From positions 1 to 64,000 of the forward strand of contig CBDUPA010000003.1 in NCBI GenBank assembly GCA_965368975.1: 64,000 bases of DNA, given 5' to 3'. Below are positions 10,223 through 18,421 of the stretch, piece by piece. The stretch's first letter is position 1. Each line of letters starts with the position of its first letter. A program made the position numbers and the translations under genes. The notes beneath the pieces are model-generated. The model saw only the letters and a program-made list of their open reading frames with translations, made no database searches and was not told the DNA's origin. This DNA comes from an uncultured bacterium (lineage in GTDB: Bacteria; Acidobacteriota; Thermoanaerobaculia; Multivoradales; JAHZIX01).

Positions 10223-11320
10223 ATGAGTAACCCCACCGCCACCGGCGAGGCGGCCAGTCAGGCTGAGTCAGATCAGGCTCAGTCTGGGCCCAGCAAGAAA
10301 GTGATCAAGGTTCTGGTCTGGGACCTCGACAACACCCTGTGGAACGGCACTCTGCTCGAAGGTGACGATGTGCAGCTACGCCCAGGCGTCGCCGAGGCTC
10401 TCGAGGAACTCGACGCGCGCGGCATCCTGCAGTCCGTGGCGAGCAAGAACGATCACGCTGCTGCCATGGCCAAGCTCGAAGAGCTGGGCGTTGCCGATTA
10501 CTTCATCTATCCGCAGATCAACTGGAATGCCAAGTCCTCGGGCCTGGAGCAGATCGCCAAGGCAATCAACATCGGCATCGACGCCGTTGCCTTCATCGAC
10601 GACCAGCCTTTCGAGCGCGAGGAAGTTCATCACGTGCTGCCGGACGTCATGACCATCGATGCCGCAGATATCGCCAAGCTGACGGAGTATCCGGAGCTGA
10701 TGCCGCGCTTCATCACCGACGAGAGCGCCATTCGCCGCAAGATGTATCAGGCCGACATTGCGCGCCAGACGGTGGAAGAAGAATTCGTCGGTCCGCAGGA
10801 AGACTTCCTGGCGTCGCTGGAGATGCAATTCACCATCGGTCCGGCACAGGAGGAAGACCTCAAGCGTGCCGAGGAACTGACCGTTCGCACCAACCAGCTC
10901 AACAGTACGGGCTACACCTACAGCTACGAAGAGCTGGACGCCTTCCGCCACAGTGACGACCATCTGTTGCTGGTCGCCAGCCTGGTCGACAAGTACGGAA
11001 CCTACGGCAAGATCGGCCTGGCGATGATCGAGACCGGTAAGGAAGTGTGGACTCTCAAGCTTCTCTTGATGTCCTGCCGCGTCATGTCGCGTGGCGTTGG
11101 CACGATCCTCATCAGCCATATCCTGAACCAGGCCAAGGCTGCAGGTGCCCGCTTTCAGGCCGAGTTCATGAACACCGGCCGCAACCGCCTGATGTTGGTG
11201 AGCTACAAGTTCGGTGGCTTCAAAGAAGCCGAGAAGAAAGACGACTTCATCATCTTCGAGCATCCGCTGGAGAATATCCAACCGTTCCCGGACTATGTGG
11301 ATGTCCAGATCCTGCAATAA
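10223..11320 (+). CDS. fkbH: FkbH-like HAD-IIIC glyceryl transferase/phosphatase
   Basis: WDLDNTLW, SKND, FIDDQPFER, RTNQLN, LLMSCRV motifs. Confidence 0.95.
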   Translation: MSNPTATGEAASQAESDQAQSGPSKKVIKVLVWDLDNTLWNGTLLEGDDVQLRPGVAEALEELDARGILQSVASKNDHAAAMAKLEELGVADYFIYPQINWNAKSSGLEQIAKAINIGIDAVAFIDDQPFEREEVHHVLPDVMTIDAADIAKLTEYPELMPRFITDESAIRRKMYQADIARQTVEEEFVGPQEDFLASLEMQFTIGPAQEEDLKRAEELTVRTNQLNSTGYTYSYEELDAFRHSDDHLLLVASLVDKYGTYGKIGLAMIETGKEVWTLKLLLMSCRVMSRGVGTILISHILNQAKAAGARFQAEFMNTGRNRLMLVSYKFGGFKEAEKKDDFIIFEHPLENIQPFPDYVDVQILQ

Positions 11321-11410
11321 GTAGGTAGGGCTCTGCTATGATCCCGGGCGGTCAAAGACCAAACTGGAATTGACGACTAGACCCATCGAGTCGAGGTAAG
11401 GAGAAATACA

Positions 11411-11773
11411 ATGAGTGAGTTGGTGCAGAAACTGGCGAAGGGAGATTCCCGGGTGGTCTTCGAGACCAACCACGGTGAAGTTCTGGAAGAGCTCAAGGCG
11501 AGTGTGGACCGCGGCTATGTGCTGATCAAGTTCACCGAGACCCAGGGCGGCACCGTGCTGGGCATCCGCCTGGAAGACGGCAGCGACACCAGCGGTGCCG
11601 ACTTCGAGAAGGGCACCGGCAACTGCCACTTCGTCGGCCGCCTGATCCTCGACTACGTTCCCGTCCGCCTGGTCGCCGACATCGATGTTGCAACCATGGA
11701 AGGCAAGGGCCACCTGGAGATCCTCGAAGGCGAGGAAGCGCAGATGGACGACGACGACGAGGCCGACGCCTGA
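11411..11773 (+). CDS. Small protein resembling the C-terminal extension domain of long MbtH-like proteins
   Basis: RGYVLIKFTETQGGTVLG...ADFEKGTG...LDYVPVRLVADID pattern; lacks the MbtH Trp core; AAGGAG RBS. Confidence 0.6.
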   Translation: MSELVQKLAKGDSRVVFETNHGEVLEELKASVDRGYVLIKFTETQGGTVLGIRLEDGSDTSGADFEKGTGNCHFVGRLILDYVPVRLVADIDVATMEGKGHLEILEGEEAQMDDDDEADA

Positions 11774-11843
11774 GCTAGCGTCGCGCTACGTGCGTCGGAA
11801 GTGCCTTGAAGAGTAGCCGGCGTTCGCGCCGGCTGTTCTGTTC

Positions 11844-13133
11844 TCAGCCCAACCGCACGCGCCGCAGCAACACCCCCAGCTGCGCCAGCGCCAACAGGCT
11901 GTGCGTCCAGATCGCTGCGACGGCGGTGCCTTCGACGCCCAGCGTCGGCAGCCACCACAGGTTGAGCGCGATCGAGATGAGCACAGCCATGACTTGCAGC
12001 GCGAACGCGCGATCCTGCAATCCCCAAGCGGCTAGCAAAGTGCCGTGCAGGGCGGTGGCGGAGGCACCGGGGAGGGACCAGGCGAAGATGGTAAGCAGGG
12101 CTGCCGCGGGTTGCTGGACCTCGGGATCCTCGAACAGGAGCTGGGCGATCGGCTGGCGCAGGAGGACGACGAGTACGGCGAGGACCAAACCGGTGGCGGT
12201 GCCAGCGGCTGTACAGACGAACAGGGACTTCAAGCGTTGATGCTGCCGCTCCGCAGCCCGCGACAGGCTAGGGTAGAGGGCGCCGCCGATGACGATGGGC
12301 GCGGTCAAGAGGCCCCAGGTGACCAGGGTGGCGGCGCCGTAAAGGCCGACTTCGAGACGGCTGGCCACCAGCTCGACGAGAAAGCCGTCGAGGCGCAGCA
12401 ACAGCTGCGTCCCCAGGCCGAGCGCCAGGAATGGCCAGCCTTGACGGTAAAGCCAGGCGGCCGACGGTAGCTCGCGCACGGTCGGTGTGAAGGCGTCCTT
12501 ACGAGGGGCGTCGAACTCGGTCTCCTGGCGTAGTAGCCAGAGCAAGCCGATACCAGCGCCGAAGGAGAAGGCTGCGGCGGTGGTCCAGACGGGGGCGTCG
12601 AGGTAGACGGCGAAGCCGAGCAGGGGCAGAGTGATAGCCATGGCGATGCCGCGCGTCTTGATCTCCATGTCCATGCGTTCGAGGCCGCGGAAAGCGGCGC
12701 ACCAGGTGAGCATGGGAGCGCGCACGAGGGAGAAGGGGAGGAACGCGAGCAGGGCGGCGCGCAGCGTCGGTTCTGGGGTGAGCACGGCCACGACCAGAGC
12801 GAGTGGGCCGAGCCAGGCCATGACCCGGCGCTGTAGCATCTCCGCACGGCGCAGCAGAGTGCGGGCGGCGCGCGGATGGCGGGCGGTCTCGCGGATCAGC
12901 ACCTCGACCTGGCCGCACATCAGAATCACAATCAGGATCATGGCGGCGTTGAAGGCCAAGGTGTACGTTCCCAGCGCCTCGACGCCGAGGCCGCGGGCGA
13001 CCAGCAGTGAACACAGCAGCAAGCTCGCTTTGAGCACCAACTCGCCGGCCATCAGCCAGCTGAGATTGCGCACCAGGCGTCGTAGCAGCGCTGCCAGATC
13101 CGAGGTGCCAGCCGATTTCTGAGGCGGGGTCAT
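11844..13133 (-). CDS. Oligosaccharide flippase (Wzx/MOP family)
   Basis: Multi-TM protein; ARGLGVEALGTY and EVGLYGAA motifs. Confidence 0.85.
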   Translation of the reverse strand: MTPPQKSAGTSDLAALLRRLVRNLSWLMAGELVLKASLLLCSLLVARGLGVEALGTYTLAFNAAMILIVILMCGQVEVLIRETARHPRAARTLLRRAEMLQRRVMAWLGPLALVVAVLTPEPTLRAALLAFLPFSLVRAPMLTWCAAFRGLERMDMEIKTRGIAMAITLPLLGFAVYLDAPVWTTAAAFSFGAGIGLLWLLRQETEFDAPRKDAFTPTVRELPSAAWLYRQGWPFLALGLGTQLLLRLDGFLVELVASRLEVGLYGAATLVTWGLLTAPIVIGGALYPSLSRAAERQHQRLKSLFVCTAAGTATGLVLAVLVVLLRQPIAQLLFEDPEVQQPAAALLTIFAWSLPGASATALHGTLLAAWGLQDRAFALQVMAVLISIALNLWWLPTLGVEGTAVAAIWTHSLLALAQLGVLLRRVRLG

Positions 13134-13142
13134 CCGCGCATC

Positions 13143-14234
13143 CTACCGCGGTCGTTCCCGCAACCAGCGCACCTCTTGGACGATCGCGCGACCGAGCGCA
13201 CGGGCTACCAACAGTGGCGGGGACGTCGAGCCGAAGGCGCCAGCGATGGCCCACAAGGTGCGCGGGCCGATCGTGCGCTCGGACGTGATGGCGTAGATCG
13301 GTTCCCAACTCTGCGGCAGGAACTTGGCCTTGTAGGCGTCGAGTCCGTCGAAGTCGTAGAAGCGGCGACCATGGGCGCGCACCCAGGCGAGCAGAGCGCG
13401 CAGCCACCAGCGTTGCTCTGGTGCTTCGACGTCGGCGCGCCTGGAGAGGGGACAGAGACCGAGCGTCACATACGCGGCTCCCTCCTTGGCGACCGCGCGT
13501 ATGGCGGTGTCGAGCAGCAGCTCCGTTGTGCCGTTGGGAGCCCCGGCACCCCGGATGTTCTGCTCGATCAGCCAACCCCGACGCTGCGGGATCGGGGATG
13601 CGACGAGGAAGCCGAGGGGGGTCGTGTTCTGTTCTGCGATGAACACGCGTCGATCGTCGAGGCGGTCGAGCGTGTCGGGTTCGACCAGGAAATGGAGCGG
13701 AGGTAGGCCGCGGGTCGACAACCAGTGGTCGAGGCATCGCTGGAGGTCGGCTGGGTGCGGTGCGTCGATGGCGGCCGAATAGCGGCGAACCCGCACCTCC
13801 TTGTTGCTGGCTCGGTTCAATTGGGCTCGTAGCGACGCCTTGCCCTCGAGAATCTCGGTCCAATCGTCGGGACGCCACACCGGCTGGGCGCCGAGTAGGA
13901 TCCGATCGAGGGGACCCCGTGCCGCCAGCAACTGTGCCAGGCGCTCGTCGGCGGCGAAGTAGCACGACCAAAGGCCACGCTGGTGGGTGTCCTGCTCGAA
14001 CTCTTCGACCACGTCGGGCAGCCGCGCGGGAGCACAGATCGGGTCGCCTGCCACCACGCGGTAGCCGGCGTGTCGAACATAGCCGACCACGGCGTCACCT
14101 TGCTGGCTGAACCAGCGTTCGATGCCGGGATTGAGGATCTGGTAGCAGGTGGCGTTCCAGCCGTGGTCGAGCACGAGCTGGCGGGCCTGACGCAGTTCGG
14201 GAGCGTCCCGCAGGTGCCGATGGGGCATGCTCAC
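13143..14234 (-). CDS. DUF2156 / phosphatidylglycerol lysyltransferase C-terminal-like (aminoacyl-tRNA-dependent transferase), no flippase domain
   Basis: VVAGDPIC, APNGTTELL, VTLGLCPL, FYDFDGLDAYKAKFLPQSWEPIY; GTGA overlap with the GT gene. Confidence 0.85.
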   Translation of the reverse strand: MSMPHRHLRDAPELRQARQLVLDHGWNATCYQILNPGIERWFSQQGDAVVGYVRHAGYRVVAGDPICAPARLPDVVEEFEQDTHQRGLWSCYFAADERLAQLLAARGPLDRILLGAQPVWRPDDWTEILEGKASLRAQLNRASNKEVRVRRYSAAIDAPHPADLQRCLDHWLSTRGLPPLHFLVEPDTLDRLDDRRVFIAEQNTTPLGFLVASPIPQRRGWLIEQNIRGAGAPNGTTELLLDTAIRAVAKEGAAYVTLGLCPLSRRADVEAPEQRWWLRALLAWVRAHGRRFYDFDGLDAYKAKFLPQSWEPIYAITSERTIGPRTLWAIAGAFGSTSPPLLVARALGRAIVQEVRWLRERPR

Positions 14235-15649
14235 GCGTCTGCGGAGCGAGCGGAGCCACGCACGCGATCGCGCAGGCGGCGCAGCACCGAGCGTGGACCC
14301 TCGTGGCGCACGGCGCGCAGCAGTCGACGACCGGCTGGCTCCGGGCCACGGCGCAGCAGCTGGGCCGGCGACAGCAGGTGCCCGTGATCCACGGCGGCCG
14401 CGTCCTGGGCGCGCCGGGGCTCTCGGGCCCAGGCGGCGAGAGCGGCTGCCGTCGTTTCCGCTGTACGGCCGGCGGCAAAGGTCAGAGCCGCATCGGCTCG
14501 CCGGGAGCGCTCGTGCGCGTCGCTTGCTAGCCGCTGAAGCGCCGCCGTCAGCAGTTGCGTACGGCGGTCGGGATCACTGTCGATCAGCACGGCTGCATCC
14601 GCCGCCGCCGCGAGTTCGAGAAATTCCACGCCGCGCGTCGCCAGGACCGGCAGTCCCGCCGCCAGCGCGGTGGCCGCGCGCGTGCGGCAGCCGAGTTCCG
14701 TCTCAGCGCAGGCGACATCGATCACGAGGGCGATGTCGCAGTCGAGTAGCACTTGGTGGACGCGCGGCTGTTCGAGCCAGCCGAGGAGATGGAAGCGTTG
14801 CCGATGCGGACTGGTCTCGACACGTGCCTGGAAGGCGCGGAAGGTACGATCGTCCTGTCCGGGAATGCTACCGCCGGTGGCCACGAAGTGCAGTTCGGGA
14901 CGCGCGGCCATGGCCTGCTCGAGGGCATCGAAGCAGGTCCCCGGATCGGCCCAGGTATTCCAGCCCCCCAGCCACAAGACCGCGACGGCGTCCAGCGGCA
15001 GGATGTCGCCGCGCAGAGAAGGGCCAGCGGCCGGCGGCAGAGGCTCCGGCACGCTGCCGATCACGTGCACCAGCTTGGCGTCGAAGGTCGCCTGATTGAG
15101 CCGGCCGGCCAGTCCCAGCTGGCCGAGCGTCGCGAAGCGCTGGCGTTCGGAGACGGTGGAGAAGGCATCAGCGCGTCGCAGGCAAGCCCAGGTGCGCCAG
15201 GAGAAGGCAGCGATGTAGGAATCGTCACCGTAGGTCGCGGCCTTGGCCTGGCCCTCGGCGAGCGGTTCGCCGTGCAGGTCGGCCCAGATGGGCAGGCGCG
15301 TCGAGATGCGGCAAGCGCACGCCGAGGCAAAGCTGCCGGCCCCCACGATCGCCGCGTAGTCGCGCTGTTGCAGCTGGCGGCGCAGGACCCCGGGCCGTTC
15401 CAGCCAGGCTAACGGCACGGACGTCACCGTCGAGCCCAAGGCCGGCGCTTCTTGGCGCAGCTTCTCTTGCGCCGGTGCAGACGTGCCCGGAATGCGGCCG
15501 CCGAGCACGTCGACCTCGAGATCCGCCGCGCGCAGGGCCTGCAGCAGCTGCAGGGTGCGCAGCTGCGCGGCGTAGCGCCGGCTGGCGGAGTCGTCGAAGG
15601 GGGCGTGGCCGAGAAGCAGGAGGGGACGGGGGGAGACAGAGGAGGGCAT
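14231..15649 (-). CDS. Glycosyltransferase family 4 (GT-B)
   Basis: LWLGGWNTWADP, ETELGCRTRAATALAAGLPVLAT C-terminal GT4-type motif. Confidence 0.8.
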   Translation of the reverse strand: MPSSVSPRPLLLLGHAPFDDSASRRYAAQLRTLQLLQALRAADLEVDVLGGRIPGTSAPAQEKLRQEAPALGSTVTSVPLAWLERPGVLRRQLQQRDYAAIVGAGSFASACACRISTRLPIWADLHGEPLAEGQAKAATYGDDSYIAAFSWRTWACLRRADAFSTVSERQRFATLGQLGLAGRLNQATFDAKLVHVIGSVPEPLPPAAGPSLRGDILPLDAVAVLWLGGWNTWADPGTCFDALEQAMAARPELHFVATGGSIPGQDDRTFRAFQARVETSPHRQRFHLLGWLEQPRVHQVLLDCDIALVIDVACAETELGCRTRAATALAAGLPVLATRGVEFLELAAAADAAVLIDSDPDRRTQLLTAALQRLASDAHERSRRADAALTFAAGRTAETTAAALAAWAREPRRAQDAAAVDHGHLLSPAQLLRRGPEPAGRRLLRAVRHEGPRSVLRRLRDRVRGSARSADA

Positions 15650-15770
15650 GGTGCGATGCTACTACGTGGTTGGAGTAAGTCGTGAACGATGAGAAAGCTG
15701 TGTTATTAGTATGCCATCTATAACGGAGTTCCTGGGTTGCATCCCGGCGTTCTCAACTGGAGGAGGAATC

Positions 15771-15917
15771 ATGAAGAAGTCACGGCAGAAGTCCCCGAAA
15801 CTGCAGCTCGAGCGAGAAACGCTGACCCTGTTGCAAGAGAACTCGTTGCAGGACGTGGCTGGCGGAAACCGGTTCACCGACCTGGCGCCTGTTACGACGT
15901 GCTTCTCAGCTGGCTGA
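15771..15917 (+). CDS. RiPP (lanthipeptide-like) precursor peptide 1, 48 aa
   Basis: AGGAGG RBS; MKKSRQKSPKLQLERETLTLLQENSLQDVAGG|NRFTDLAPVTTCFSAG. Confidence 0.8.
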   Translation: MKKSRQKSPKLQLERETLTLLQENSLQDVAGGNRFTDLAPVTTCFSAG

Positions 15918-15958
15918 GGATAGACATCGGACCTTGACGTTTCACGAGGAGAAAGCTC

Positions 15959-16123
15959 ATGAAGAAGAAAACCCTGAAGTTGGCATTGCATCGCGAAACC
16001 CTGGTGACGTTGCAACGGCAGGACGTGCAACTGGTCGCGGGCGCTACGAATGCACTTCTCTGTGGTGATGACCTCTGGCAGACGGGAACACGGTGCAACA
16101 TCAGCATCTGTATCTGTGACTGA
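15959..16123 (+). CDS. RiPP (lanthipeptide-like) precursor peptide 2, 54 aa (not in ORF track)
   Basis: Hand-translated; GAGGAG RBS; MKKKTLKLALHRETLVTLQRQDVQLVAGA|TNALLCGDDLWQTGTRCNISICICD. Confidence 0.85.
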   Translation: MKKKTLKLALHRETLVTLQRQDVQLVAGATNALLCGDDLWQTGTRCNISICICD

Positions 16124-16150
16124 CGTCGCGGGCTTTCAGGCCCGTGTGGC

Positions 16151-16186
16151 AAACCGCCGCGTGCTCTGAGAGCCGTGGCGGTTTTT
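16151..16186 (+). terminator. Rho-independent terminator after precursors 1-2
   Basis: AAACCGCCGCG-TGCTC-TGA-GAGC-CGTGGCGGTTTTT hairpin ending in a T-run. Confidence 0.75.
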
Positions 16187-16416
16187 CATTATGGAGTCTT
16201 GTATACGGTCTTTAAAATATGTCTTACCGATGAAGGCGTTGACTTAGGCAGATGCTTTCTCTGGGATCGCGCTGTTTCTACGTTTCACTCCCTTTGAGCA
16301 GAAGGCCGTCGCCTTCGAACCTGTACAGGTCATCGAGCGGATCGCCTCTGTGCGATGCGATGGTTGCTACCTGTGTTTTCGGAGCCAACTTCATCTCAAT
16401 TTGTGAGGAATGAACC

Positions 16417-16590
16417 ATGAAGAAGACTCAGCGCAAGCCCCCGAAGCTACAATTGCAACGTGAGACTCTTGCGATACTCAGGGACCAGGAGGCAAAGGCG
16501 GCGAGGGGAGCAAGTGCTGCCTCCACAGGGACTTGCATAAATTGTACTTCCGACATCTATGTGAGCTGCCTCCTGCCACCCCTCTACTGA
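16417..16590 (+). CDS. RiPP (lanthipeptide-like) precursor peptide 3, 57 aa (not in ORF track)
   Basis: Hand-translated; GAGGA RBS; MKKTQRKPPKLQLQRETLAILRDQEAKAARGA|SAASTGTCINCTSDIYVSCLLPPLY. Confidence 0.85.
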   Translation: MKKTQRKPPKLQLQRETLAILRDQEAKAARGASAASTGTCINCTSDIYVSCLLPPLY

Positions 16591-16602
16591 GTAACTACTG
16601 AT

Positions 16603-16640
16603 GCACGGCCAGCTGCTTCAGGTGCGTTAGCAGGCCGTGC
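16603..16640 (+). terminator. Hairpin after precursor 3 (possible terminator)
   Basis: GCACGGCC...GGCCGTGC 8-bp stem, followed by GTTAGTTGT (weak U-tract). Confidence 0.45.
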
Positions 16641-16702
16641 GTTAGTTGTCACCTGCTCTCCGTTGACACCTCGCGGCTCCGGGGCTATTTTCTTAGCCTC
16701 CT

Positions 16703-18421
16703 ATGACTACCGCGATCCTCTACCAGCTCCCCCAAGATCCCACTGATTCCGATCCCACAACCGGCCTCGCTCCGCTGCAAGAGCGCTTCCAACTCGGCCC
16801 GGAAAGCCAGCACCGCGAGCAGCGCACCTTCTTCGACACCTTTGACTGGCGTCTGCACGACGCTGGCCTGCGGCTCTGGCTGCAGGCAGCGAAAGGCCGC
16901 GGTGCAGGACGTACGGGAAATTTGCTGTGCTGTCGACGGCAAGATGGGGAAGAGATCCAGCTCCAGCTAGCTCGGGTTCCTGACTTCGCGGCGAGGCTGC
17001 CAGAGGGACCGTTGCGGGCCGTTCTGCTGCCGATCGCCGGCATTCGCTGCCTGTTGCCGCTGGTGACCCTGCGGCGGCAGGTACGGCAGCTGCCAGTCCT
17101 TGATCTCAACGAGAAGACGGTGGTGCGGATGTGCTTGGAGCAGCGGCGGGTCGACTTCGATTCGCGGACGGCTCCGGTGCTCGGCTTGCAGGTGCCGGCG
17201 GCACTGCCCGATCTGCCGCCACGGCTCAGTGTGACGGCGGTGCGCGGGTACGAGGGCGAGGTGGCGCCGCTGTGCTTGTTCCTGGAGACAGACTTGGGAT
17301 TACAGCGCCAGGAATACGACGAGTTGACCGAGGCGCTGGAGACCGTTGGCTGCACGCCTGGGGACTACAGCTCCAAGTACCAACGCGAACTCGACCCGAC
17401 CCTGACCGGCGGCGAGGCCTTCCGTGCTATCGGCCAGGAGCTACTGACGACGTTGCAGCGCAACGAGCCAGGGCTGCGGCGGGATCTGGATGTCGAGTTT
17501 CTCCACGACTTCCGTGTCGCGGTCCGCCGCACGCGCACCGCGCTGGGCCAGCTCAAGAGCCTGGTGCCAGCCGAGTTGTTGGCTTCGTTCAGGAGCGAGT
17601 TTCGCTGGCTCGGCCAAGTGACGGGGCCCAAGCGTGACCTCGATGTCTTCGTCGAGCACCTGGACGGGGAGTACCGTGGTGAGGTGCCGGAGCGTCTGTT
17701 GCCCGATTTACGGCGGCTACGTGAGCGGATGTGCAAGCATTTGCCACGCGAACAGCGCAAGCTGGTCAAGGCTCTCGACTCGGCCCGCTACGCGGAGCTA
17801 CTCGCGGACTGGGGGGCGTTTCTAGCTTCTTCTTCGGTAGCTGAGACAGCGGATGATGAGAGCGCGGATGCAGGCAAGCCAGTGACGGTCGTGGCGTCGG
17901 TGGCGCTCGGACGGGCGTTTCGCAAGGTGTTCAAGCGCATCGACGCAATCGGCGACGCCTCGCCGGACGAGGACTTCCATCGCTTGCGTATCGAGTGCAA
18001 GAAGATCCGCTATCTGATGGAGTTCTTCCGCTCGCTGTTCCCAGCCGAAGAGTTGGCTCGCTTGATCAAGGCTTTGAAACAACTGCAAGACCAGCTGGGT
18101 GAGTTCCAAGATTTGAGCGTGCAACAAGAGGATCTGCGTCGCTATGCGCAGCAGGTGCAACGGGGGCAATGTGCGTCCGTGGCGCGGCGCGCCAAGATGG
18201 AGGCCTCCCGGGAGCGCCGGCAGGCGGAGGTTCGTAGCGTCGAAGAGAGTACTGACGAGCTGCTGCTGATCGGTTTCCTGATGGCCCGCCTCGACCGCCG
18301 TCACGATGGCGTCCGTGCGGGCTGCTTCAAGGCGTTGGAGCGCTTCGCGCGGCCAGCGCGAAGGCGTCGGGTCCAGGAGTTGTTCGCTGGAGAGCGCTCG
18401 ACTGAGGGAGGTGGCGCGTGA
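16703..18421 (+). CDS. CHAD domain protein (polyphosphate-binding) with degenerate CYTH-like N-terminus
   Basis: FFDTFDWRL N-terminal motif; CHAD motifs LHDFRVAVRRTR, RDLDV, HRLRIECKKIRY, LQDQLGEFQD. Confidence 0.9.
   Translation: MTTAILYQLPQDPTDSDPTTGLAPLQERFQLGPESQHREQRTFFDTFDWRLHDAGLRLWLQAAKGRGAGRTGNLLCCRRQDGEEIQLQLARVPDFAARLPEGPLRAVLLPIAGIRCLLPLVTLRRQVRQLPVLDLNEKTVVRMCLEQRRVDFDSRTAPVLGLQVPAALPDLPPRLSVTAVRGYEGEVAPLCLFLETDLGLQRQEYDELTEALETVGCTPGDYSSKYQRELDPTLTGGEAFRAIGQELLTTLQRNEPGLRRDLDVEFLHDFRVAVRRTRTALGQLKSLVPAELLASFRSEFRWLGQVTGPKRDLDVFVEHLDGEYRGEVPERLLPDLRRLRERMCKHLPREQRKLVKALDSARYAELLADWGAFLASSSVAETADDESADAGKPVTVVASVALGRAFRKVFKRIDAIGDASPDEDFHRLRIECKKIRYLMEFFRSLFPAEELARLIKALKQLQDQLGEFQDLSVQQEDLRRYAQQVQRGQCASVARRAKMEASRERRQAEVRSVEESTDELLLIGFLMARLDRRHDGVRAGCFKALERFARPARRRRVQELFAGERSTEGGGA

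Noticed and set aside
15711-15770. Upstream ATG for precursor 1 (68-aa ORF)
   Set aside because: The strong AGGAGG RBS precedes 15771, and the paralogs start at MKK.
16191-16247. Tiny ORF MESCIRSLKYVLPMKALT between precursors 2 and 3
   Set aside because: No RBS, no leader motif, and it lies immediately after a terminator.
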